A DNA stretch of 64,000 bases. Source: Macrostomum hystrix (lineage: Eukaryota; Animalia; Platyhelminthes). The position numbers and the translations under genes are program-made. The stretch covers positions 1,674,001 through 1,738,000 of the forward strand of contig CATNEN010000005.1 in NCBI GenBank assembly GCA_950097015.1, in the 5' to 3' direction. The notes under the pieces were generated by a model. It had not been told where the DNA came from. It saw nothing but the letters and a program-made list of their open reading frames with translations, and made no database searches. Position 1 is the stretch's first letter; every line of letters starts with the position of its first letter. Positions 48,864 to 60,646 of this stretch are shown here, piece by piece.

Positions 48864-49541
48864 TTGATATTTGGTAAATTTAACAATTGTTCTTTTAGTA
48901 TGCCCAATATCTTGGCTGAAATCAAATGGCACAGATGCCATGGATGCCCATTGTAATATTCTTAAACCAATAGGAAATTCTGATCACTGTCTGATCTCGT
49001 CATTTACCTAATTTGATGGGTAAATTTCAATTTCAATACCTCTTTGGCCGCATTTGATTAGCAGGTATGGCAATGCTGTCTGCTGCATTTTTTCAGTAAG
49101 TTTAAGATAGCAAGGATTCCAGTATTTAGGATGGCGTAATCCAAGTTGCCATTTCACAAGTTGCCATAATTGATTTTGCCCATTGTTTCTGTAGCCACCT
49201 CTTCATTGACCTAATGATGTACTTTGGCATTGCAGCAAACATATTTGCTTCAAGGTTCAGCAATTCAATTCTGCACAGCAACAGCAAACTCTTGCTAGCT
49301 TGCGTTTGAACATTAAATTTTAAGATATATGAGATTTTGTCTCATATATCTACTGTAGATTTGTCTCATATTATTCAAAATATTTTTGTTGTTCCTAAAT
49401 CTGTTTCCATGACAAAATTAAAGTATTATATTAGTTTAACAATTTATTTGCTTTGTTTCAGCCCATTATACCAAACCAATGTTTCAACTGGCCAACTTAT
49501 TTAGCTGCACCTCTGCCCAAGCAGCAGCTCGACCTGGCACA

Positions 49542-50990
49542 ATGGACCAGAGAGAGACAATATTACAGGGCTGGTTAGTTAAATCGCCACCATTTCAACC
49601 ATCTGGTGGTGGTTCCAGCATTTTCCGTAGGCCACAGCCACTTCAACCAGTGAGTCTAAAGTGCATTGTCATCCATTAGTATTATTGCACCAATGATACA
49701 ATTTCCTCATTTTTTATAGCGCTGGCGGCGTCGCTATTTTGTACTAAGCTGCATCAGAACTAAAGACCGCTCTAGCAACTACCTACTGACCTATTATGAA
49801 GACGCACTGCAGACTAAGCGCAAGGGCCGGGTGGATTTGGAGCACGCCAATAACATCACTACTCACGTAATTCCGCCAATATATCTGCTGAACAAGCTGC
49901 AGCCTAGGCTTCTCCGCGCCCCAGCAAGGCCAGCATTCTTCAGACGGGATCAGACGGCATTCTTCCTGCTGGAGACTGTCCACCGCAGGCAGATGCGCAC
50001 CAACTATTTCCTGACAGAGTGCAATACTCAAATGGAGCGCTGGGTCAGCCATCTGAGCAACGCGTGCGGACTTGGCGAAGACGATCTGTCCGGGATAAAT
50101 GATAGCACTATCGATCCCTCTTATAGAGGACAATTTCCTTTTCTATCTGGTGCGTCATTTCTACAAGTGCAGCAATTTCAGCCGCTCTCCCAAAACATGC
50201 TTTCACCGTCTGGTCGCTACATTCCAGGCGATAGCATCGATGGCACTATCAGGTAAGAAATTTGGGACTAGACTCGCGATTTAGCCATAGATTATTTATA
50301 GCCTAGAATGTGGTCTTTACTCTTTTATAAGTAACTGTAAATTAAGGGATTTTCAGTGGGATTTCTAAGCTATAATCAAAGGATTTTCAGTGGGATTTCT
50401 AAGCTTTAATCAATGGATTTACTGCGAGATTTCTGAGCTACAATCAAGGGATTTACAGCGGGTTTCTAGACCAGAATCACGAGTTATTTAATAAAGCATG
50501 TCTATGAGAAATCTGTAATTCAACCTCAACCGGTCGATTCCCGTTAAATTCTTCGATCAGACGACCAACTGCCCAGGCACCTGAAGACGATTATCGCATT
50601 CCTCCAACGGTTGCTAGAGGAGGCGGTAACCCTAGCAACGAATATGATTATCGCATGCCTCCTAGTACAGACGAGGACGATTATCGATTGCCGCCACCGC
50701 ATGTTACGGGCCAAAGTTTATATAAAACTGGTGAAGATGAGTATCGATTGCCGCCTGTTGCGTCTGATCACCCTGAATTCGTTGAAGACGATTATCGATT
50801 GCCTCCACCGCTGACTGGAAACGCTCCGGCCAGCACTGACGATGACGCTTACCGGCTGCCACCACAGCAACAGCAGCAGCAGTCAGCTACTGCTAGTCGC
50901 GCCGACCCTGACGCCAGTCAATACATCAACCTGGGACCAACCGGCTGCCACCACAGCAGCAAGCACCAGAGTCAGCGTGGATCGGGTTAG
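49542..50990 (+). CDS. Gab/DOS-family PH-domain adaptor, copy 2, 3 exons, 356 aa
   Basis: Exons 49542-49649, 49720-50252 and 50561-50990 (1071 nt, in frame). GWLVKSPP...WRRRYFVL...YYED...GRVDL matches the Gab PH pattern GWLxKSPP...WKRRWFVL. Six YxxP motifs and YINL. Confidence 0.8.
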
Positions 50991-51574
50991 GCAAATTTTG
51001 TATTGATAAATTCTAACTTAAAACCTGTCCCTCTATTTTTTGTTTTGTTTATAGACCTCCTCCTGCTGATGACTCTTATCTTGTCAATGTTACAAAGTTG
51101 TGGCTTTGTAAATTCAGGCTATTGCCTATTGGGTTAACTAATCCATCTAGCTCAATCCATTTAATTGGATACTTTAATGCCCACTCTAATGCCCATATAT
51201 CTTGGCTGAAATCAAATGGCACAGATGCCCATGGATGCCCATTGTAATATTCTTAAACCAATAGGAAATTCTGATCACTGTCTAATCTCTTGTCATTTAC
51301 CTAATTTGATGGGTAAATTTCAATTTTAATACCTCTTTGGCCGCATTTGATTCCAGCAAGGATTCCAGGATGGCGTAATCCAAGTTGCCATTTTACAAAT
51401 TGCCATAATTGATTTTGCCCATTGTTTCTGTAGCCACCTCTTCGTTGACCTAATGATGTACTTTGGCATTGCAGCAAACATATTTGCTGCAAGGTTCAGC
51501 AATTCAATTCTGCACAGCAACAGCGAACTCTTGCTAGCTTGCATTTGAACATTAAAGTTTTTCATTGTTTTCAG

Positions 51575-52835
51575 AGAATCGCAGAAAATTGCGACCACCG
51601 AAGCTTAAATTTTGTCAGCATAACTGTTGCCTATCTTCGAATGTGGCAGCAGCCACAGTAGTGACCGGCGCTCAGAAGGCTCTCCTAGCCGAGTCAGCTA
51701 CAAATCCGATGAACCGCAACATCGTTTCTGGAGCTTTCGCCAACTTCGCCGCGGCCTATCCGCAGTACTGCGAGTCCAGATGCCCGGCTGTCCTAGCCGG
51801 AGCTGATAGTGTCGATGGTGTCGGCCCGAGTTGTCAGCAGCAGCAGCAGCGACAGTTTCTAGTCGAGCTAAACTACGCCACGAATCAGGGACCGACTGAA
51901 CTTTTAAGTTTTGTCTACGTCGGCTCTCAAACTGACGCCTGCGACTCAGATGTGATCCGGCGTCACGGCATTACCCACATATTGAATGTGAGCGCCAATT
52001 GTCCGCAGTCGGAGCACGTCGACGAGGCTAATTTCATGCGGGTTCCAGTTAACGACGGCTACGCCGACAAATTGTTGCCGCATTTCAAACTGGCTTTCCA
52101 GTTTCTGGGTATGTGTTTGTTTTACCTAAAAAACTTTTTTCTCGGCTATTGGCACTTAAAAGTTGTACATTTTTTGCCTATATGTATCGAAAAAAAGTTT
52201 TATCGACAGTACGTTTAAAAGTTTGTATTAAGCCGATAATGTATCGAAAAATATACAAATATATCTTTATTCTCTTGCATTTTAGACAATGTCTGGCGTA
52301 GCAACGGTCGCTGCCTTGTACACTGCCTTGCTGGCGTGTCTCGCTCTCCAACCATGGTGATTGCATACATTATGCAGCATCTCAATATGACTCAAGATGA
52401 AGCTTATCGGTGAGCGGAATTTTATTTTTATAAGCGATATGCATTTTTAGAAAGGCTAATTATGCACAACCTAACAAAGTGACTTCTTCTGTTTTTAGCT
52501 ACGTTAAGGCTCGCCGGCCTAGTATTTGTCCGAATTTCAATTTTCTTGGACAACTTTTGGAATTCGAACGCCAACTTCAGCAGCAAAAGCAGCAATCTGA
52601 GTCTTCGGCATCAACAGCAGAGGACTCAGACTCAAGAAGCGAAGCGTCAGAAAAGATTCTGTCTGACGGCCGCCTCCGCTGCTTCAATAATGTCAGTGCA
52701 ATGTCTAAAATGTCTTTCACCGCCCAGCAACAGCAGCAGCAGCGATCTGTCATTACCGCAACTGACCGCATTGCAACTAAATGGCGCCAACGACCGCTCA
52801 GCTTCATGATTAGTATGATGCATTGGAACAGCTGA
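51575..52835 (+). CDS. MKP/DUSP 3' fragment, copy 2, single catalytic domain, altered tail
   Basis: Exons 51575-52108, 52286-52409 ([10 protein letters not shown]) and 52499-52835. Small deletions shift the tail frame relative to copy 1. No N-terminal exons seen. Confidence 0.75.
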
Positions 52836-53279
52836 ATATGCCCTTAATATGATAATATGAATTTTAATCCCCTTATTTGTTATTTTGTGCCGGTTACTAG
52901 AATATACTCATGTATATTCCTTCTTAAACTTGTATAATACCATAAGTTCTTCTAGGTCCACCCCACAGTTCTTCAAGGAAAGTAAAAATGAATAGAAAGA
53001 CAAGGCTACTGTACATATGGTTTGTGCAAGTTGTGTGGGCTGTAGGATGCTGCATTGGAACAGCTGAATATGCCGATGCAAAAAGTGCAAGTGCAATTGC
53101 AAAAAGTGCAAATAGCTGCGTGTCTTGTGCTCGATAAAATATTGTTTTCAATTTTGTCGGTCGTGTTTTCGTGCATTGAGGCGCAAATAAATATTCTCCC
53201 CTCCATTCTAAGAAGGGCTCTGGTAGAGCCTAGACCCCTCACCCTCCCCTACCCTCTCTCTCCTCTCCCCTCACTGTAA

Positions 53280-53735
53280 GGTCCCAACCCACCCCTCCCT
53301 GTAAGGTCCCTGGTTCGGACCCCCCGCCCCATAAGGCCCCTGGTTTAAACTCCCCTCCCCATAAGGCCCCTGGTTTAAACCCCCCTCCCTGTAAGGTCCC
53401 TGGTTCGGACCCCCCGCCCCATAAGGCCCCTGGTTTAAACTCCCCTCCCCATAAGGCCCCTGGTTTAAACCCCCCTCCCCATAAGGTCCCTGGTTCGAAC
53501 CCCCTCCCTGTAAGGTCCCGGGTTCGACCTCCGTCCCCATAAGGTCCCTGGTTCGAACCCCCTCCCCATAAGGTCCCTGGTTCGAACCCCCTCCCCGTAA
53601 GGTCCTGGGTTCGACCCCCGTCCCCATAAGGTCCCTGGTTCGAACCCCCCTCCCCATAAGGTCCCTGATTTGAACACCCCTTCCTGTTGGTTCCCCGGTT
53701 CGAACGCCCCTCCCCATAAGGTCCCTAGTTCGAAC
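53280..53735. repeat. About 30-bp GC-rich minisatellite, between two copies of a about 200-bp direct repeat (53020-53230, 53990-54190)
   Basis: Unit about CCCTCCCCATAAGGTCCCTGGTTCGAACC. Confidence 0.85.
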
Positions 53736-53809
53736 CCGAATAATCATGTAGCGATATTTTAGTCAACAAAATCTCTGCATCAGCTCTTTGTATCTCAATG
53801 TGTTGTATA

Positions 53810-53972
53810 CAGCAATGAGCATTTAGCAATGAGCTTTTAGTGATAAGTGTTTAGCAATGAGCATTTAGTGATGAGCATTTAGCAATGAGTGTTTAGCGAT
53901 GAGCATTTAGCAATGAGTGTTTAGCAATGAGCATTTAGCAATGAGCATTTAGTGATGAGCATTTAGTGATGA
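53810..53972. repeat. 14-bp minisatellite
   Basis: (GAGCATTTAGCAAT)n. Confidence 0.9.
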
Positions 53973-54334
53973 GTGTGATATGGTGATACGTACAAGTTGT
54001 GTGGGCTGTAGGATGCTGCATTGGAACAGCTGAATATGCCGATGCAAAAAGTGCAATTGCAAAAAGTGCAAATAGCTGCGTGTCTTGTGCTCGATAAAAT
54101 ATTGTTTTCAATTTTGTCGGTCGTGTTTTCGTGCATTGAGGCGCAAATAAATATTCTCCCCTCCATTCTAAGAAGGGCTCTGGTAGAGCATGTTTTGGTC
54201 TTCAACTGTTCATTTATTTTATTTCAGCTGCAGTGAGTGTAGGTGAGGCTCAGGGGCCTAGGTGAGTCTGGTCATGCGACTTGGTCATTAGAGCAACTGT
54301 GCATTTATGAAGTACTGGCGACTTGATCCAAGGT

Positions 54335-54495
54335 GGGGAGTTGCTAGCTGTGGGGGAGTTGGCTGGCTAGGTGGGGAGCTGGCTGGCTAGGTGGGGAGTT
54401 GGCTTGCTAGGTGGGGAGTTGGCTGGCTAGGTGGGGAGTTGGCTGGCTAGGTGGGGAGTTGGGTGGCTATGTGGGGAGTTGGCTGGCTAAGTGGG
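54335..54495. repeat. 20-bp satellite, reverse complement of the 4797/18258 family
   Basis: GGCTGGCTAGGTGGGGAGTT units. Confidence 0.9.
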
Positions 54496-56465
54496 GAGAG
54501 AGAGACAAGGCTGATGGGAGAGAGAGACAAGGCTGATGGGAGAGCGACAAGGCTGATGGGAGAGAGAGACAAGGCTGATGGGAGAGAGAGACAAGGTTGA
54601 TGGGAGAGAGAGACAAGGCTGATGGGAGAGCGACAAGGCTGATAGGAGAGAGAGACAAGGCTGATGGGAGAGAGAGACAAGGCTGATGGGAGAGAGAGAC
54701 AAGGCTGATGGGAGAGAGAGACAAGGCTGATGGGAGAGAGAGACAAGGCTGATGGGAGAGAGAGACAAGGCTGATGGGAGAGAGAGACAAGGCTGATGGG
54801 AGAGAGACAAGGCTGATGGGAGAGCGACAAGGCTGATGGGAGAGAGAGACAAGGCTGATGGGAGAGAGAGACAAGGCTGATGGGAGAGAGACAAGGCTGA
54901 TGGGAGAGAGAGACAAGGCTGATGGGAGAGAGAGACAAGGCTGATGGGAGAGAGACAAGGCTGATGGGAGAGAGACAAGGCTGATGGGAGAGCGACAAGG
55001 CTGATGGGAGAGAGAGACAAGGTTGATGGGAGAGAGAGACAAGGCTGATGGGAGAGAGAGACAAGGCTGATGGGAGAGAGAGACAAGGCTGATGGGAGAG
55101 AGACAAGGCTGATGGGAGAGAGACAAGGCTGATGGGAGAGCGACAAGGCTGATGGGAGAGAGAGACAAGGCTGATGGGAGAGAGAGACAAGGCTGATGTG
55201 AGAGAGAGACAAGGCTGATGGGAGAGAGAGACAAGGCTGATGGGAGAGAGACAAGGCTGATGGGAGAGAGACAAGGCTGATGGGAGAGCGACAAGGCTGA
55301 TGGGAGAGAGAGACAAGGTTGATGGGAGAGAGAGACAAGGCTGATGGGAGAGAGACAAGGCTGATGGGACAGAGAGACAAGGCTGATGGGAGAGAGAGAC
55401 AAGGTTGATGGGAGAGAGAGACAAGGCTGATGGGAGAGAGAGACAAGGTTGATGGGAGAGAGAGACAAGGCTGATGGGAGAGAGACAAGGCTGATGGGAG
55501 AGCGACAAGGCTGATGGGAGAGAGAGACAAGGCTGATGGGAGAGCGACAAGGCTGATAGGAGAGAGAGACAAGGCTGATGGGAGAGAGACAAGGCTGATG
55601 GGAGAGAGAGACAAGGCTGATGGGAGAGAGAGACAAGGCTGATGGGAGAGAGACAAGGCTGATGGGAGAGAGAGACAAGGCTGATGGGAGAGAGACAAGG
55701 TTGATGGGAGAGAGAGACAAGGCTGATGGGAGAGCGACAAGGCTGATAGGAGAGAGAGACAAGGCTGATGGGAGAGAGACAAGGCTGATGGGAGAGAGAG
55801 ACAAGGCTGATGGGAGAGAGAGACAAGGCTGATGGGAGAGAGAGACAAGGCTGATGGGAGAGAGAGACAAGGCTGATGGGAGAGAGAGACAAGGCTGATG
55901 GGAGAGAGAGACAAGGCTGATGGGAGAGAGAGACAAGGCTGATGGGAGAGAGAGACAAGGCTGATGGGAGAGCGACAAGGCTGATGGGAGAGAGAGACAA
56001 GGCTGATGGGAGAGAGAGACAAGGTTGATGGGAGAGAGAGACAAGGCTGATGGGAGAGCGACAAGGCTGATGGGAGAGAGAGACAAGGCTGATGGGAGAG
56101 AGACAAGGCTGATGGGAGAGAGAGACAAGGCTGATGGGAGAGAGAGACAAGGCTGATGGGAGAGAGAGACAAGGCTGATGGGAGAGAGAGACAAGGCTGA
56201 TGGGAGAGAGAGACAAGGCTGATGGGAGAGAGACAAGGCTGATGGGAGAGCGACAAGGCTGATGGGAGAGAGAGACAAGGCTGATGGGAGAGAGAGACAA
56301 GGCTGATGGGAGAGAGACAAGGCTGATGGGAGAGCGACAAGGCTGATGGGAGAGAGAGACAAGGCTGATGGGAGAGAGAGACAAGGTTGATGGGAGAGAG
56401 AGACAAGGCTGATGGGAGAGCGACAAGGCTGATGGGAGAGAGAGACAAGGCTGATGGGAGAGAGA
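54496..56465. repeat. About 2-kb satellite with variable (GA)n spacer, 20-24 bp unit
   Basis: ACAAGGCTGATGG followed by (GA)n; explains the three stacked antisense ORFs. Confidence 0.95.
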
Positions 56466-57114
56466 CAGACAAACAGTCACTTTCTAGTTCGAGTGTGTTG
56501 AAGAAACGGACGCTGTAGCAGTTCAAGATGTGGTCTATTGAAGGCTGATAATGTGCTGTTTCCTGCTCTCACTGTGACAGGAGGACGCACTCGGACGCAG
56601 CACCCTTCAATCAACTGGGAGTAAAGTATACTGGGGAATTTCAATTCCTCGCCAGTGCAGTCTAAATTGCAATGCTTACGGTGAATCCTTAGTTTATATA
56701 AGGCGCCGCACGGGCTAAAGCGAAATGCCAGATTGAAGAGAGACAAATTGTCTCCAACAACACTGCTTCTACCCAAGTTTATCAGCTTTAGACATGAAAC
56801 TTCGAGAAGTGGATTTTGTTCAATACTAAAAAGCTAACTATTAGATAAAGTTAAACTAACAATTCAAAAGGTTAATTTAGGACTTTAAAAAGTACATTTT
56901 ATATGTTCTAAATGTCAATTCGAGGTAGCTGATTTGTTAAAGAAATGTAGTTTTAAAAAATCTAGACACATGAAAATTTTTTTTTAATTGGTACATGCAG
57001 CGTGAACGACAATAATAATAATAATAATAATAATAATGTATAATAATATTTTAATAATAATAATCCGATTTAGAATGAAACTTATATCTAGATCTTTATC
57101 TATACTTAGATCCA

Positions 57115-57560
57115 GAAGACATCTGTTAGATCTAGAAGGCATCTGTTAGATCTAGAAGGCATCTGTTAGATCTAAAAGGCATCTGTTAGATCTAGAAGGC
57201 ATCTGTTAGATCTAGAAGGCATCTGTTAGATCTAGAAGGTATCTGTTATGGAATGGGATGAGATGTGATGGGATGGGATTGCATGGGATGGGATGGGATG
57301 GGATGGGATTGCATCGGATGGGATGGGATGGGATGGGATGGGATGGGATGGGATGGGGTTGCATGGGATGGGATGGGATTGCATGGGATGGGATGGGATG
57401 GGATGGGATTGCATCGAATGGGATGGGATGGGATGGGATTGCATGGGATGGGATGGGATGGGATGGGATGGGATGGGATGGGATAGGACAGGATGGGATG
57501 GGATGGAATGGGATGGGATGGGATATGATGGGATGACTAGGGTCGATGGGATGGGATGGG
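57115..57560. repeat. 20-bp minisatellite (57115-57247), then (GGGAT)n pentamer microsatellite
   Basis: ATCTGTTAGATCTAGAAGGC; GGGATGGGAT... Confidence 0.92.
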
Positions 57561-58307
57561 AGAAAATAATCTAGGGTACAAGGCTTATTAATCGGATGGG
57601 ATAAGGCAGTAAGATAGACGAGTGGAATGAGCGGATCAGAATTAGGGTAGCAAGCCCTAATCAGGGTAGATCTAGGAAAAATCGGTGAATATCAGCCCGT
57701 AGAAGATTATTAAACAGGAGTGGCATTGATAAATCACCTACACAATTTGCCTAGAACTCGGAAATCATAAACAGGAACAATGCCAGCAACAGCTAAAGTA
57801 CACGCGAGCACCCACAGAAAACATTTTTGCTTCCTTTGGCACCCTTAACCAGAGTTCCTTTGATAAATATAAACTAGCTGTCAGCTATTACTTATTACTT
57901 CCCGATATGTAGTGAAAAATTGATTTCTAAAGTATGTTTTCTAAATGTGGTTTACAGTGGAAAGACCACGGGGTATTTCAAATACCCACAATTTCTTGGT
58001 TCTGAGAATCTGAGAATAAAGTTTTGTTCGTCAAGCAAAACTTGACTATTTGATTCAAGTTTAGTCGAGACTCGTCTAGACAAAGTTATTCAAGTTAGTT
58101 GAAAAGCTAACTAACTGATAGACTAGAAATATATGCATTATCTTCTACTCGAAGTAGGATAAACCGGTTTTTTGCGTTCTAAAAAATTGTAACACACAAG
58201 GCAAGTTACTGTGTCAATACAGATTTAGTAAGAAACATTATACAATTTATTATGTAAAGGTGAAACAAGTATTTTGTCATGAGAGAAATCATTTAATTGT
58301 GGGTGCG

Positions 58308-58408
58308 GAGTGAGGTGGGTGCGGAGTGAGGTGGGTGCGGAGTGAGGTGGGTGCGGAGTGAGGTGGGTGCGGAGTGAGGTGGGTGCGGAGTGAGGTGGGT
58401 GCGGAGTG
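58308..58408. repeat. 16-bp minisatellite
   Basis: (GTGGGTGCGGAGTGAG)n. Confidence 0.9.
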
Positions 58409-59049
58409 GCTTCTGCCTAATAGCGCAGCCTTCAAGGGTTTGTTTCTTTCTTTCTATGCCGCTTGATACTACTTATTACAAAAAACGGTCGAAAAAACTA
58501 TATTCAATTATATTATTTTAGAAACACCTTTCCAGAAGCTGGGACAATTTGCTCAACGATTGAGCAGTAAAATTCAACTGTCTCAATTAGCGCATCCGCT
58601 GCAGACCACTGAAGAAGATGGCCGCGATGAACGGAATATCGACACTATTCAAGCTACCAATGAGCATGTGGTCGTACGTTTCAGCGGCCGAGAACGACGA
58701 GGTCATTGCAGACAGCCGCAACCTCCCAGTCCCACAATCGAAAAGATCGATTTGCTGGCCAGAGGCTGCAAGTGGTCAAGAGTACCTACTGCCAGCAATG
58801 AGTCAACATGTTCTCCAACTCACTACCGCCCCCAACAATCGGTTATTACCCGCCTGCGCTCTCGTCCTTCGTCCTTCACATGTGCCGAAGCCCAAGATTC
58901 AGACACAGGATTTGACGAAGACTGCCTATTATATCCTTTCATCGAGGTGTTTCATTTCCGCGGTAGGATAACACTGCCGATCGCGCCATTAAGATAATTA
59001 TTCAGCGCAACTATCACGCTCAAATTGTCATATTCGATTTGTCTGCAGA

Positions 59050-59578
59050 CCAGGAATGAAGGGAGGAAGGAAGGAATCAATGAACGAAGGAAGGAAGGAA
59101 GGAAGGAAGGAAGGAATGCAGGAAGGAAAGAAGGAAGGAAGGAATGAAGGGAGGAAGGAAGAAGGGAAAAAAGGAAGGAAGGGAGGAAGGAATGTAGGGA
59201 GGAATGTAGGGAGGAATGAAGGGAGGAATGAAGGGAGGAAGAAAGAAAGAATGAAGGAAGGAAGGAATGAAGGAAGGAAGGAATGAAGGAAGGAAGGAAG
59301 GTTTGAAGGGAGGAAGGAAGAATGAAGGAAGGAAGGGAGGATTGAAGGGAGGAATGAAGGGAGGAAGAAAGAATGAAGGAAGGGAGGAAGGAATGAAGGA
59401 AGGAAGGATTGAAGGGAGGAAGGAATGAAGGAAGGAATGAAGGAAGGAAGGAAGGTTTGAAGGGAGGAAGGAAGAATGAAGGAAGGAAGGAGGAATGAAG
59501 GGAGGAATGAAGGGAGGAATGAAGGGAGGAAGAAAGAATGAAGGAAGGAAGGAAGGATTGAAGGGAGGAAGGAAGATA
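59050..59578. repeat. Imperfect (GGAA)n polypurine tract
   Basis: Direct inspection. Confidence 0.92.
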
Positions 59579-60646
59579 GAAAGACAGATAGATAGATACT
59601 TGTAGACAGATACTACGCAATCAAAATACAAAGTAGTTTACCAATCCGTTGATCATAGACAGTAGTTTATGAAAACAAATACATTATGAAAATGAATACA
59701 AAGCCGTTGATCATAGACAATATTTATGAAAAATGTGTGCTACGCTCGTACATTCCGCGCTGTAATAAAACTAAGTTAGAGTGTATTGTATAAAGATTTT
59801 TTCTATAGCTTGTCGTCGATTGTATGTCTGAAGCAGTATATTACTTGAAGAAACAATGGGACGGCTCACAATATCTAGTCTTGAAGGGCCCTAGCATCTG
59901 TAAAAGAGTTTTCCATCGGCTGCTAGATTGTCTCTTTGGTTAAGCTTAAAACATTCTCACCACTTACCAAATGTCTCAACAATTGAGCAGTTTATTGTAA
60001 AAGACTGCTCAATTTGAGTTGTATATCTTTTTTAAGTCTCGATAAGCGTAGCACGACGACCACAATATTCTGCCGGCGCAATAATATATACTTCAAAAGT
60101 TTATTTCTAAAAAATTAAGGACCTTGCTTTCAAGTTCTCATCGTAAAAAAGGTAAGTTTTTTTAATCATACGCTTACGTCTCATAACTACGGTAAAAATG
60201 CATTGATTGACAACATGGATTTCCATAGTTTTTTACTGTAGCTTAAAGCTTTTAGCCTATTGGGAATATTTTAACTCTTATATGAGCGGCAGAAGTGGGG
60301 ACAAAAAGCTGGAAAATTGACTTACCTATGCTGAGCAGCAGCGCATGTGCTGATTAAGCAAACAGAAAAACTGTTTGCCCGTTAGAGACGGAACGAAAGA
60401 GATGGCAGTTAGAGAGAGAAAGAGGGAAAATAGACATCACCTGTTGGTGGAGCAGTTGACGGGACTACAATACTTTATAGTTTTTTATAACCTATAGTTG
60501 TGCGCGACTGGACCCATAGCAACTGCGGAGCGGAGTATATGAATGATGAAGCTGGATAGAAGGGAGAAGTTGTGCTCAGATCGATAAAATATAGCCTCTA
60601 AAATCTTTCGTCGCGTGCTTCTCTTCAGACAGCAGAGCTCAGGGAT

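Noticed and set aside
54447-56526. Three 630-680 aa minus-strand ORFs
   Set aside because: All three frames are open only because the GA-rich satellite has no stops on that strand.
57250-57560. Telomeric repeat
   Set aside because: (GGGAT)n is a pentamer microsatellite, not TTAGGG-type, and is internal.
58952-59631. Ser/Phe/Leu/Pro-rich and EGRK-rich ORFs
   Set aside because: Translations of the (GGAA)n tract.
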